From Balanoglossus misakiensis (Eukaryota > Animalia > Hemichordata), in contig CM082597.2 of NCBI GenBank assembly GCA_040954595.2, forward strand, positions 8,897,778 to 8,961,777: DNA of 64,000 bases, given 5' to 3'. The notes beneath the pieces are model-generated. The model ran no database searches and was not told where the DNA came from. It saw only the letters and a list, made by a program, of their open reading frames with translations. Of the stretch, positions 38,340 to 50,065 are shown one piece after another. Every line of letters starts with the position of its first letter. The stretch's first letter is position 1. The translations under genes were made by a program, and so were the position numbers.

Positions 38340-38655
38340 TTGCTGCAGTTTGCAGCCCCTCCATCTCCCCTGGACGATTTTTGTTTTTGCGGGGCTGCAG
38401 GTCCCAGCTATTCTAAACCGCACAACGAGCGACCGGGATTTGGGCCCGGGGCGAATTTCTACACTCCAGACGTCTCCAGTCCACAATTTTCCACACTTTT
38501 TTCGCCAAATCGGTCCCGGAACCCATACAGCGCTTACCTGGCAAAGGATGTCGCGGTATTTGTCGATTTTGCCTACGTTTTCCCCAGTTATTCAACTTCA
38601 ATCGGCAAAACCAAAACTCGTTCAGGGGAGATGGAGGGGCTTCAAACTGCAGCAA
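38340..38655. mobile_element. 316-bp element with ~50-bp TIRs and a 10-bp flanking direct repeat (MULE-like MITE)
   Basis: TTGCTGCAGTTTGCAGCCCCTCCATCTCCCCTGGACGA ... TCGTTCAGGGGAGATGGAGGGGCTTCAAACTGCAGCAA; GGGCTGGGGG at 38330-38339 and 38656-38665. Confidence 0.65.
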
Positions 38656-41600
38656 GGGCTGGGGGCTGCAGGCAGAATATATGACCAAAGGATACGCGTG
38701 AAAAAAAGACAATTACCTACTTTGCTACCGTGGGTCTTTGACTAATTAAAACATGATAACGTGCATCAAAGCCAGCCGAGGCTTCAGGGGCATAGTATTC
38801 CTGAGTTTATACGCGAAGAAACCAAGAAATATTCATGAGTATGTAGACGGAACTTGTCTTTTAGCTCAAATTTGACCTGGCTTGAGGTCACTGTGACAGC
38901 GCAGCCAGCGGTAGAATTGGGGTAGGCATGAAGAACATATCTACTACAAAAACTGGTGAGGGCGGGGGGGGGGGGAGATGGGGGGGGGGTGGGGGCTTTT
39001 CAGTTTAGTCACGGTCCTTGGTTTTGGCCTTCGGCTTCACTAGAAAAGCCAAAAAACCACAATGCCGAAGGCCAACTCGTCGAAGCACCTGGTACGTCTA
39101 TGGCAGAAGTCAGTATTTACATGTTCTGACTCGGTACACGCCATGCACTTGCCAAGAGATTCCACGAGGAATACCATGATGATGAACGGCTCGGGCGTCT
39201 TCGTGTGCACGAAGACACGATACTAGACTTCATTGACCCTGTCTCATTCTTTTCTTTTCATGCGCATAAGGACATGAAAAGTCGACCTAACCTTTTGTTT
39301 TATCACTTACTGTGGTTTTAGAGGGATGCTGTGAGTGAAAAAGTGGCACATTCGGGTTGTTGCCTTATACTTAATTTCTCCATTTCTATTGGAGCAGGCT
39401 ACACCGGGCCCAGGGTCGAACTTAAACCAATTTGCAGCCGTGATGGTCGAACAATGTCCGACAAACTTTAGGCACGTCAAGCTTATGCCTTCCTGGGTCG
39501 CCCGACAAGAATGAACTTCTATTTTAACGATAGGGCCTATTCCAATCGATACCCGCCGTATCAGTCACGCAATAATGAACACGAAATCCAGATCCCCCAA
39601 AATGATGTTTCACTAGACTCGGGGAGAGTGCTGTTTAGTACCAACAGGCAATTAAAGGTATACGGTCACCTATGGAAAATTAGCTATAGTTACCATGGCA
39701 AATTGAGATGTAGCCAATCACAGATTTTTAGTGGGTGGCACACGCGAAAAAAGAGCGCCGCCATATGTTCTAATCTCAGCCATATATGGTCCTATGTAAC
39801 CACCTCATGTCATTTACAGAATTGGAACACCCTAAAGAATGTCATGCAGACAATGTCACGTGTTGTTCCATGACCAACCAAACAACAAACTCATGTCCAA
39901 ATCAATTAAATTCCAAAGAATGCTCCAAATATGCAGAATTGCCACGCAAGTCGAGCATACTTAAGCACTCTGCACAACTGAAACATAAAATCCAAGCTTT
40001 TAACAATACAACAATAAACAATCCATTCTGATCGAATTAATGACCAAATAAAACGAAAAACACAACTCGACCCACAAAAAGTATACGAAGCGCTTTTAAT
40101 CGCTCATTAATGTTTGATCTCGAGGAGACGTGTTAAAAAATCCGCTATGAACAGCAGGGGAGAACAATAGCCTATTTTTACCAGGTAAACAAACACCAGG
40201 TAAAAATCCACCCATGCTTCCAGACCGCTCTAGGATAGTGATCCACCCAATGAAACTGTATCTCTTTAACTTTAATTTGCAAACTCGTGGAATTGATCAT
40301 TTTATAAATCGCTCCATTTTGACGTTTTCTCTGTGGTTTGTTAATACGAATTTTGTCTGTGCCAAATCTGTCCTCTAATACTGTCACTTGTAATAGAGTT
40401 CAAATTACACAGAAGTATAATACAACGTTTTGAAAAAGACAGACATTTTTCGTGTGAACGGTGATATACTTAGGCCACACTCGAGCTAAAAACAAAAGTC
40501 TATATTTTATCAAAAATGCCTTGGACGCACAAACATCTACAGGATGTGGAAGGGGCGGGTCAAAACCGCGATCTACAACTGTGCCTCCCCCCCCCCCCCG
40601 GCTGTCTTGCTTCTATTTGGAGTGTCAATATGTGATTTAGCTTTGTTTGCGGCAGAGACTAAGCTTTGTTCTTGTTTCACTCCATTTGCTGCATTGTGCT
40701 GTGCTCTGGTATTTCTCCAGGGTCTACGGTCACACTATAGGCTGATTAGTCGTATCTTTACTACACAGACAAAAAACTTCGAAGCTTTATGTCTGTGCCT
40801 TTTATGAACAAGCATCGTCCGATTCGAATTCGACTCGTCATCGGTAGCTATGTTTATTTCGCCCTTGGAGACCTCCCCTGGCCTCGTTAGGATGACTGTT
40901 ACCAGGACTACCTTAAACCAATCTTTTCGAACCGGACGGTACACACGACATGTCTATGTTAATTGTCCAGGTACCAGAGTGTACGTGTGGGCTCCCTAAA
41001 CCCCTCATTGGCGGCCGGTCCCTGTCCGAATAAACACGTTTGACAGACAAAAAATGATGAACAAGTGGCTTACTTCAATACTTCGTTAACTAGACGGCTG
41101 AACTCTGAATGTTGATTCAGCAAAAAAAATGTGTTTACGGCAAGGTTTCGATCAATACGACACATTTACCATTGAAAACGCCCAAAGTAAGTGGGGGCGT
41201 TTGACCATCAATCAAACCCACGCCCAGGTGCATGTGAACGGCCGAAGCAGTGTAACGTTTCACATTCCGTGCAACGTCCGACACTGTGTGAAAGCGGTTG
41301 CTGTCGGGTGGCTTGACCTAATTTTCGTACATTGATATGCATTTGACACCTCACTACCTGTTTTCTTAATATTGCTAAAACTTTGCGTTGAAATATCACT
41401 GAAATGTTGATGATCCACGCACAAGTCGTCTACCCCGGCATGAAAAGCTTTTATACAAGAAAACTAATTGCACATGACCACCAAGGTCATACCGCAAGGT
41501 GTGTCTAAATGTCAAGGAAGGACATTGGGAGGGGGGACTTGGGTCGAGAACGACCATGACGGAGGAAAAACCGACAAGTCATTGTGTAACCTGTTTACTT

Positions 41601-42344
41601 GCCAATAGTCAAACGTCAAAATTTACTCTCAACTTGGTTGCAGATCGAGTCTCCCGAATTTCCAACTTTTATGATTGGGTAAATACCGATATGCGACTGG
41701 TATGCGACGCGTTGACGACGCGAAGATTTTGTTGAAATCAAATGGTTTGTCAAATGTCATCTCACAGTGGAGATACCGTGGTCATCTGACATGAAAGGGT
41801 TCGATTGGGTCTGACCGCCGTCGTTCATCCATGCTTAGAAAGCGGCGATAATGGTACAAAGTAAAACCAAGGTCAAACCTTACTGAACACATGTATTGCA
41901 TGGAGAAACTTTTCTCCCTGTCTGTGTACTGAACACGTACCGTGATTGCCATAGTTACAAACGTTACCACGTGAGAGAGAGTGCATTTTACATCTGTCTT
42001 TTCAATTTTGTTGCTTTCTTACTATTCGGAATGATGGAGTCGAAACGAAAACTTTTTGCTTCAGGTGGACCTAGGGGAAATACCTTATTTGTGACTTTTT
42101 TCATGACCCTAAAAAGACGTCGGAATTAATGTGGCTGAGGTCACTCAGGACGACGGAATGGTTGAGCGATTTTATTTTATGAGCTCCCACTAGTATTTGT
42201 TTTATTGTTTCGGCAGTGTGTCGCGTTATTCGAGCAATCTGCAGTCTGAAAACGAACGGTTTTCAAAGTTTATAACAGAAGAACAGGGGTTTAAGCATGA
42301 AAGGTCCTGTTGTCTCCCTCGCTGTGTTTGTGTCACTGTGTCTT

Positions 42345-42550
42345 TGACGTCTGACTGACTGATTAACTGGCTGACTGACTTACTGACTGTCTGTCAACGT
42401 CGGTCTGTCTGACTGTCTGCCCCCTCTCTCTGAGAGAGAGAGTGAGCGAGCGAGCGAGCGAGCGACCGATGAGTGTCTCTACTGATGAATGTTGCTCTGT
42501 CTGTCTGCTTGTGTCTGTCTGCCACTCTGCCTGTTTCACTCTGTCTCTCC
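42345..42550. repeat. Compound microsatellite (GACT, GA, GAGC, GTCT motifs)
   Basis: CTGACTGACT.., GAGAGAGAG, (GAGC)n and TGTCTGTCTG runs. Confidence 0.8.
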
Positions 42551-43180
42551 TAATTTCTTTAAATTTAGGGATATGCTATTAATGCGATATGAAAGTCAGA
42601 CACGACGGAAACCTTTTATTCTCAAAACTGTCTGTTGTTTGCTGTTAAATATTGCAAAAGGTTAAGGGCCCTTTTCGCACGAGACACATGGCTTTGCAGC
42701 CGTAGCTCCCAATGTCATAACGATTACCCGAACTACCCTAATTTTAGCCCGCCGACCCAAAACAGTTTAGATCTTCGTAAACCGGAAGTAAAAATAACGA
42801 TGTCAAATATACAACAATTCATGAAAATTGCGAGAATCACGCAAGAACTATGATGTCATTCTTCTACACTACGACGGCCAAAGATATAAAAAAATTGAAA
42901 AATAAAAAAATGTCCCTTTCTACCTACCCTATTTTTGAAAACCATGTAATCGGAATAGCACATATTAGTTTTTTTGGCCTGAGACATATCCAATTTCCCA
43001 ACTGAACATGACATGTGATCAAGCATTTTCGACTTATCAGATGCAATCGCTGAACACCTCACACTAAGCGAGGTTTTGTCTGTCTTTATACGCGCCCTTT
43101 GTATTTGTGCGTGACATGTCCAAGCCTTGTTAGGATCTCCCATAAAATTCTACTCAAATGATGTATACTTTCATACTTAC

Positions 43181-43262
43181 GACTGACAGGTATTTTCAGC
43201 GTTGCCAGCTGATTGTTTGTCAGGTACCGCTTTATAACAAGACGCCCCTCTGAGTTGATAAC
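43181..43262 (-). CDS. Exon: C-type lectin start (GYQLRGASCYKAVPDKQSAGNAENTCQS)
   Basis: cag acceptor, gtaagt donor, 82 nt, phase 1-2, joining the phase-2 exon at 37604; G..CY......A...C lectin motif. Confidence 0.88.
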
Positions 43263-43329
43263 CTGCAATGTAACATCATTCAATTGGTCTAGTCATGTTA
43301 GCATTAGTAAAATGCTTCAAAAGTGTTAA

Positions 43330-43620
43330 AGGGACATGATACAAGACACCGTTTATGTTAGTGAATGAACGTTCAACCACACACAACTTCCATCCCGCTT
43401 GTATGATACGAGAGTAAAAACCCGCCCGAAATGAATAAATGGTAGAGACCGTTTATTCATTTTGGCGACTTTTTAAAACTCTCGTGTCTATACAAGCGGA
43501 GTGGAAGGTGTGTATGGTTGAACGTTGATTCACTATATCCACATGTAGAATAATATAAACGCAGTCTTGTATCAAACATAATTACTGGAAAAAGGGCAGC
43601 GAGAGAGAGACTTTGTCCCT
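43330..43620. mobile_element. TTAA-flanked MITE with a long internal palindrome; second copy at ~44415-44712
   Basis: TTAA-AGGGACA ... TGTCCCT-TTAA; internal arms GATACAAGAC..CGTTTAT..AACGTTCAACC / GGTTGAACGTT..ATAAACG..GTCTTGTATC. Confidence 0.75.
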
Positions 43621-43963
43621 TTAATGAATACAGCCACAATGTTCTGTTTATATCTACTGACGGACCAGGCATGGATTGTCACGTATAATTCTTTGAAACG
43701 TTTGGTCCTCTGAAGAAATCTGAGCACTCATCTACTCAGTTTGCTTATTTTGTCTTCCTCCACCAGTCAGTGGTATCGTCCGATTTGATACTCCACTCTA
43801 AGCCTCTTTCTGAATGGCTATTTAAGTTGTGATCTGTAAGTCTTAAACCTTTCATCACCCCCCCCCCCCCCCGTTTCCTCTTTAGAGGTCCAACATTACC
43901 ATAGAAAACAATTGGTTTTGACTGAACCATGTTGGTGAAAGGGCTAGGGTCAATTCAACTTAC

Positions 43964-44021
43964 CTTCTGGACATTCATATTTCACAAAGGGTGTTCCAAA
44001 CACTGCTCCAAGATCCAATTG
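43964..44021 (-). CDS. Exon: N-terminal linker leading into the lectin domain (QLDLGAVFGTPFVKYECPE-G)
   Basis: cag acceptor after a T-rich tract, gtaagt donor, 58 nt, phase 0-1. Splicing to 43262 gives ECPEGYQLRGASCYK. Confidence 0.75.
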
Positions 44022-44119
44022 CTGTTACAAATAAACAATAAGTTAGCTGCCAGTACACTCAATGATGTACGCGCAGAACGTCAACTGGTAAACAGTGCGC
44101 CTGTGTCTCTTCCCATAGG

Positions 44120-44418
44120 AGTACATGGAGAATAGTTAGAAAACTCCCTTCTATTATTGTCATTTTCAGGAAATTTTACACATAGCTCCGACAAATCAAA
44201 ATAAATTCACCACGGTCTATTTTGAGATAAACTTTGTTCAATATTGTATCCATAGGCAAACCATTGGTAGAAAATGCTGACCGTCAGCAGTTTTCTTCAA
44301 TTATCGACTAAATTCACGGCCTTGTTTAAAGTCGAAAACAAGTGCAGTGACCCAAAATGGATTTTCATTATACATACAAATCAGAAACGAAAATCCACGA
44401 TTAAAAGAAATGACAATA
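44120..44418. repeat. Dispersed repeat; inverted homologue at ~13870-14220 and a partial copy at ~15265-15400
   Basis: Shared blocks ATTGTCATTTTC..AAATTTTACACATAGCTC, CAAACCATTGGT, TTATCGACTAAATTCA and ATTAAAAGAAATGAC. Confidence 0.7.
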
Positions 44419-45449
44419 CAAAACACCGTTTATGTTAATGTAAATGTGGATATATAGTGATGCAACGTTCAACCGCACACACCTTCCATCCCGCATGTAG
44501 ACACGAGAGCGAAAACTCGCCAAACTGAAAAATCGGTCTCTACCATTTATTCATTTTGGGCGAGTTTTTACTCTCATATCATACAAGCAGGATGGAAATT
44601 GTGTGTGGTTGAACGTTCATTCACTACATATACACATGCCCATTAATATAAACGGTGTCTTGTATCAAACATTATTAATAGAAAAGGGCGACGGGAGAGA
44701 GAGTTTGCCCCTTTAAGGCGACATGATGCATGATGTGGCGAGAGATAAACGCGACTGACCACCGCATTAAACACTGTCAAGCAAGGCACTTCAAATGCCA
44801 ATTGTTTAAGTGTGTACTAAGTAATAGCTTCATGTACCATGTCCTGGGGGGGGGGGGAGGGGTCAAATCACAACAGTTGGACATGTACGAATATGAAGAG
44901 ACGATATCAGTTTTTTCATGTCTTCCTTTAGTAAACAATCTTTTTTGAACTTTGTATAGAATTCATTGAACTTTACTTTAGCTTATGAACTCTCATTTGC
45001 ACATCGTCATCTTGAAATTGTGTCGACTTTATCATAAGGTTTTTATAACTCAACCAGGTCGCAAAACCTATTTAAGTTAGTGAGAATAGGACGTTCACCT
45101 TTTGGGTTGATGGCTACAGACATTAATCCTGACTCATACACATGTTGCAGCCAGTATACTCTGCAGACATTGGACACAATAGTTTTACTAACCATTGAAT
45201 TTTATTGGACCATCAAGTTTATTGACCCATGACGTTCATTTAGATTGTATGACACGACTGACGCTATAATCGGTCCATACCTTCGGCGAGCCAAGTGTTT
45301 TATAACATCATAAGATATTAATACCTATCACCCAGTCAAACGATTTCAAGTTATACAATTTCCACGCCAATAGGACGCCTTTAGGTGGAAATGCAACCAG
45401 GTATCCTGAATAGGAAAATATTCCGGGTATCTGTCAAGTTTAGTCCCAT

Positions 45450-45990
45450 ATTTAGGGACCAAGAGCCCTCAGGCGCTTGGTCCCCTTCTGTTATTGCTGG
45501 AGTTTGTCTTCTTTCTTCTTGAGTCGTTTTTTTGCGCCCGTTTTTCTCTGAAATTCCGGCAGGTGCGCCTTCCAAATTTGGCACGGTGGTTGGGGCCCAT
45601 AGTACTGGTGCACCAGCCCTTTGAATTTGTAATTAGTCACGTGACTTTGTTGCTATAATCGAGCGAAATTTTCAAATTGACCTAATTTGCACGTTAATGG
45701 GGGCATGTACATTCTTTTCGCGATTTTTGTAGACCATGTGGCCAAAATCCCCTGTGCCAAATTTCAAGGTCCTAGGCCACGTCGATTTTGAGAAGAAGAT
45801 TTTTGTAATATTTTTTCGCTTTTTTTGGTGGGCTGAGGACGGACACTGGGGCATCGGACTTTGACCGTCATTACGTTATGTTGTGGAGATCTCATTAGCA
45901 GGCTACTCACTTCTGGCGGGTTGCAGTAGTCCTTGGAAAATCGGCTGAAATACGTAAAAAGACCAGTGATTATTTTCCACGGAATGAATT
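45450..45990 (+). mobile_element. Left end of a Helentron/HINE-like element; the same repeat context resumes after the LINE at ~49190-50065
   Basis: TTTAGGGACCAAGAGCCCTCAGGCGCTTGGTCCCCT hairpin followed by TTCTGTTATTGCT..TTCTTCTT and AAATTTGGCAC/GCCAAATTTCA motifs; 45878-45980 is homologous to 49260-49360. Confidence 0.5.
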
Positions 45991-46053
45991 TTGGGACAAC
46001 ACATTATCGGAGTTCAGGCTGTGTTAGGGCGTTTTATTGAATTACGCTGAGTT

Positions 46054-49000
46054 TGGATTGACTACTGTGTTACCACTGAAATTTCTCATAGCAATGTTCT
46101 TTCAATTTCGAGTCTTTGCAATGTTGTTGACTCCGACCATATTCCTGTTTCAATAGAGGTTCATTTCAACACTTCTGCTGATGAAAGCTTCAGCAGTAGT
46201 TCCTTCAAGCAATGTAATTTTCGAGTTGATTGGAAAAAATTGTAACAGCAGAATATATCCGCCTACACCGGTTGTACCAAAGCCAAGATTGATAAGATTA
46301 ATTTATCCGAAGAGTTATTCTGCACTAATGTGAACTGTACAGACCCTTCGCATTTACAGGCAATTGATACTTGTTATAGTAGTATTGTGGACGCATTGAA
46401 TTGTGCTGCAAAAGATACCATTAGACGTAAGTTTCACCAGAAAGTTCATGTTGTGCCTGGCTGGAACGATTTTGTAAAAGAAAGTCACGACTATGCCCGT
46501 TCCATGTTTTTATTATGGGTTAATGTGGGTTAACCTAAACAAGGCCCGCTTTTTGAAACCATGAAATCTTCCAGAGCTCGTTTTTAGTATGCTTTACGTG
46601 CTTGTAAAAAGATTGAGAATCAAAATAGGGCTGACAAGATGGCTGATAATTTACGCTGCCACAAACAGAACGACTTCTGGGAGGAAGTCAGAAAGCAAAG
46701 TAGCAGAAAAACGCCGCTTTCTGACACTGTATGTGGAGCGACTGGTGAGAGTGAAATTGCAATTATGTGGCACAAGCATTTTAGTGATATTTTGAATTCT
46801 GTCCAGGCTCAGACTGGTAAAAATGACATCGAGGAGAAAATGAAGTATGTTAAATTTTCTTCTGATATGTATGTTTCTGAAGACGAAGTAATTTCTGCTA
46901 TACATAAGTTACCTGACGGTAAGACAGCTGGCATTGACAATATTTTAGCTGAGCACCTCAAATTCTCAGACTCCTCTATTTTACCCTTTTTGACTTGTTG
47001 TATTAATGCAATGATTGTTCATGGTTACCTGCCAACTGAGGCTATCAATGTTAATTTAGTTCCAATTATTAAGGATAAAACTAAGCTTTGTAGTGATGCC
47101 AGTAACTACCGGCCGATAGCACTAGCAACTGTTTTCTCTAAAGTTTTTGAGCATATTTTACTTTCTCGTTGTGAGGAGTTTCTTACCTCTCATTATTTAC
47201 AATTTGGTTTCAAGCGAGAACATTCAACTGACCTGTGTTTATTTGCATTTAAAGAAATCATTAGCTACTACACCAGCAATGGAAGACCAGTGTTTACTTG
47301 TTTTCTGGATGCTTCAAAAGCTTTTGACAGAGTTAATCACTTTAAACTGGTTATAATTAACAAGCACATCGACAGGAATGTTCCCTTGTATGCTGTACGA
47401 ATTTTATATTAATGGTACAGAAATCAATTGTTTACTGTGTTGTGGGGTAATGAACCCTCAGAGTTGTTTTCTGTTTCTAACGGTGTAAGACAAGGGGGGG
47501 TACTCTCTCCCTATCTTTTTAATGTCTACATTGATGATATTATCAATGCACTCTGTAAAGCCAAAGTTGGCTGTACCATGTGTGGTGTCAGCGCTAACAC
47601 TTTAGGTTACGCTGACGACATGACTCTACTCAGTCCAAGTATTAAGGGTCTACGCCGTCTTCTTAGAATTTGTGAAATTTATGGCAAGGATTATGATATC
47701 ATTTATAATTCTAGTAAAACTGTGTGCATGCTTTTTAATGGGAAGAATATGAGCGTTCAAAGAATTCCTTCGGTTAAACTTAATGACATCACTTTAAAGT
47801 TTGTACCTGTACACACCTATCTGGGCCATGTTATATCTTGTGATGGTTGTGATAATGAAGATATTGAACGACAGAGAAGAGCATTTTGTGTAAGAGCAAA
47901 CATGCTATTGAGACATTTTCAACATTGTAGTCAAGATGTGAAGAAAGTTTTATTTTTGGCATATTGTAGTAATATTTACTGTTGCAGTTTGTGGGCATCC
48001 TTTAAAGTTAAACCGATGAAAAAATTTAAAACTATGTACAAAAATGTTTGCAGAAGATTTCTCGGTCTTCCGCCATTTTGCTGTGCATCGGGTATGTTTG
48101 CTACAAACCATGTACATGTATTGTCACTTGGTGAAGTTTTTAGACGCAATATGTACAGTTTTAAGATGGGTCCCTGGGATCTTTTTGCTCGTTGCTGTGG
48201 GCCTTTATAGGACATTACACCCCGATTTGGACTAAGCCGTTTTCAGAGTCTAACAAGGGGCTGGTAACTAGTTGAAAATCTGCACGATTGTGTGCACACC
48301 CCCTGTCCGAGTATGTTTACGGCAGCTACCACCCGGCCATAGGCCGCCACGCTAATACGGCAAAGCAGCGGTCAGCGATAGCGTGCGCGTCCTGTAACCA
48401 CAGTAACTGGATCGAACGCTAAAAATCCAATGTTTTGTACACAGAGATTTTGTACCGTTCACGAAAATCCCTAAGGCTTTTTTCATAGGCCACGTACGCC
48501 AGTCAAATTTGACCTGCTTGTTGAGAACGCACTTCCGCACAGTGTGACGGATCGTTTTTTCGGTTTTCGTCGTGCTAAGAAGCGATACCGGTGGAAGAGT
48601 GCGTCCAAAAACACCCAAAATCGATGACTTTTTCAGGTGTGGTACGGGTATGCTGAAATCTTAGGATACAACGATAATATTCGAAAACAAAATCCGTCAC
48701 GATCTTCCCTGGTTCAAGCAACTAATGAATACGTATCAAGTTCGTTTTTGAGGTCACGGAATAAAAAGCCTTAGGCTTTTGAAATTTGACCTAGCTAATT
48801 TTCATATCAATGGCGTCAGGGGGCGCGCGCTCACAATCGTGCAGATTTTCAACTAGTTACCAGCCCCTTGTTAGACTCTGAAAACGGCTTAGTCCAAATC
48901 GGGGTGTAATGTCCTATAAAGGCCCATAGCAACGAGCAAAAAGATCCCAGGGACCCATCTTAAGCGTAGACTCGAAAATTCTTCTAATGTTTTACTTGAT

Positions 49001-49184
49001 GCGATCTGTTCATCAGATAGAGCGACTGACAGCATATTTTTCAAACATTGGCGAAAGCAATTGTATATCATGTAAGTTTTTTTTTGTGTGTGTCTGTGTC
49101 AGATTATTATTATTGTTTTTTTTTCTTCTCTCTTTTGGGTATATGGACTTTTTTTAAAGTCTGAAATAAAGAATTGTTATTATT
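46054..49184 (+). mobile_element. 5'-truncated non-LTR retrotransposon (APE endonuclease end plus reverse transcriptase; RTE-X/CR1-L2 group), inactive
   Basis: One frame throughout: WIDY...SDHIP (APE), NYRPIAL, QFGFK, FLDASKAFDRV, GVRQGGVLSPYLF, YADD, YLG. Stops at 46243, 46531, 46585 and 47410; natural stop TAA at 49073-49075; AATAAA plus a TTA-like tail at ~49166-49184. Confidence 0.92.
48165..48959. mobile_element. 795-bp non-autonomous DNA transposon, 128-bp TIRs, TTAA TSD (Kolobok-like), nested in the LINE
   Basis: TTAA at 48161-48164 and 48960-48963; TIRs 48165-48292 and 48832-48959 (GATGGGTCCCTGGGATC...), one mismatch seen. Confidence 0.92.
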
Positions 49185-49189
49185 TGTTA

Positions 49190-50065
49190 GCTGTTGCCAT
49201 TCAAATGTGTCTACGCAAACCCGGCTACACTGGCAGTGGGCTTTGACTCTAAGTCGCTAATGTTGTGGGAGGTTTCATTAGCATTGTAGTCACATGTAGT
49301 GGATAGTAGTTTGGGAAATTGCCTGAAATACGTCAGCAGACCAGTGATTTTCTTGCACGAAGGGAGTATGGTACCAGCAATAATCAGAGATCAGGCTTCG
49401 TTGCCGTTCAAAAGTTCCTACTTCAGTCGTGATGTTGCAACTGGACGTTCAGTATGGGGGTCGGCCCGCAGGTGGCCGTGTGGGTTATCAGGTCGCCCGT
49501 AACGGCACGCAGCTACATGCAGCTGTATGGGACCAAAATAATACACCCGATTCGGGGGTCACCTGTGACACCTGCGTAACTCAATAATTATGTGCATGCG
49601 TAATTGTGGGGTCAATGAAAGGGGTGGTAGCGTGGTATTTGTTGCACATGGATCAATATGAAGTCCGATTTTCCCGTCAAGTTGTGGGCGACCTTATGTG
49701 ACCTTTCACCTACTTTTGCTTAGTGAGCATCTACAGAAGATGCATGCAGCTTTGGCTTGGGGGGGGGGGCATATACGGATGGGACCATAATGATATACCA
49801 AAGGCGGGGTCACCTGTTGCACCTGCCTAAGTCATTGATTTTGTACATTTAATTGGACACTAACCAACAGGGCGATAGGTGTGGTTTTTGTTCCACAGGG
49901 ACGAATGTAAGTGTCAGTTGGTTTTTGCCCAAATGTATAAGGTGATTTTGATGACCTCTGTCATACAGTGCCATATCTCATCCCGTTGTACAGGTGCAGC
50001 TTTGGTATTTGGAGGGATGAAACTATCATGAAATGCCAAATACAGGGGGATACCTTTGACACCTG
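49190..50065. repeat. Diverged ~240-250-bp tandem units
   Basis: GGGGTCACCTGTGACACCTGC (~49555), GGGGTCACCTGTTGCACCTGC (~49806) and GGGGATACCTTTGACACCTGC (~50046); ATGGGACCA(A/T)AAT at ~49528 and ~49779. Confidence 0.6.

Larger units (their letters stand above)
13628..44021 (-). pseudogene. uif: Uninflatable-like extracellular multidomain gene (CLECT-CUB-CUB-CUB-4xCCP-EGF_Ca-EGF_Ca), 5' part; probably pseudogenised
   Basis: Exons read by hand with GT-AG boundaries and mostly compatible phases. Domain order and motifs (LRGxxCYK; CxWTIQGP..FxxFDTExxxDTV; GFRASFSP-DCP; EGF with LYANNGTGGFY..ETG..DVY.FNQSCV insert) match Drosophila Uif as I recall it. Lesions: in-frame TGA, frameshift, lost donor, missing exons. 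Confidence 0.75.

Noticed and set aside
37969-43143. Short ORFs of 60-130 aa in the large intron
   Set aside because: No recognisable domains, splice-consistent structure or transposase motifs; several overlap inverted repeats.
45281-45380. Possible signal-peptide first exon of the uif-like gene (gtatgg donor, phase 0)
   Set aside because: It has an in-frame TGA, no usable ATG and a weak hydrophobic core; not supportable.
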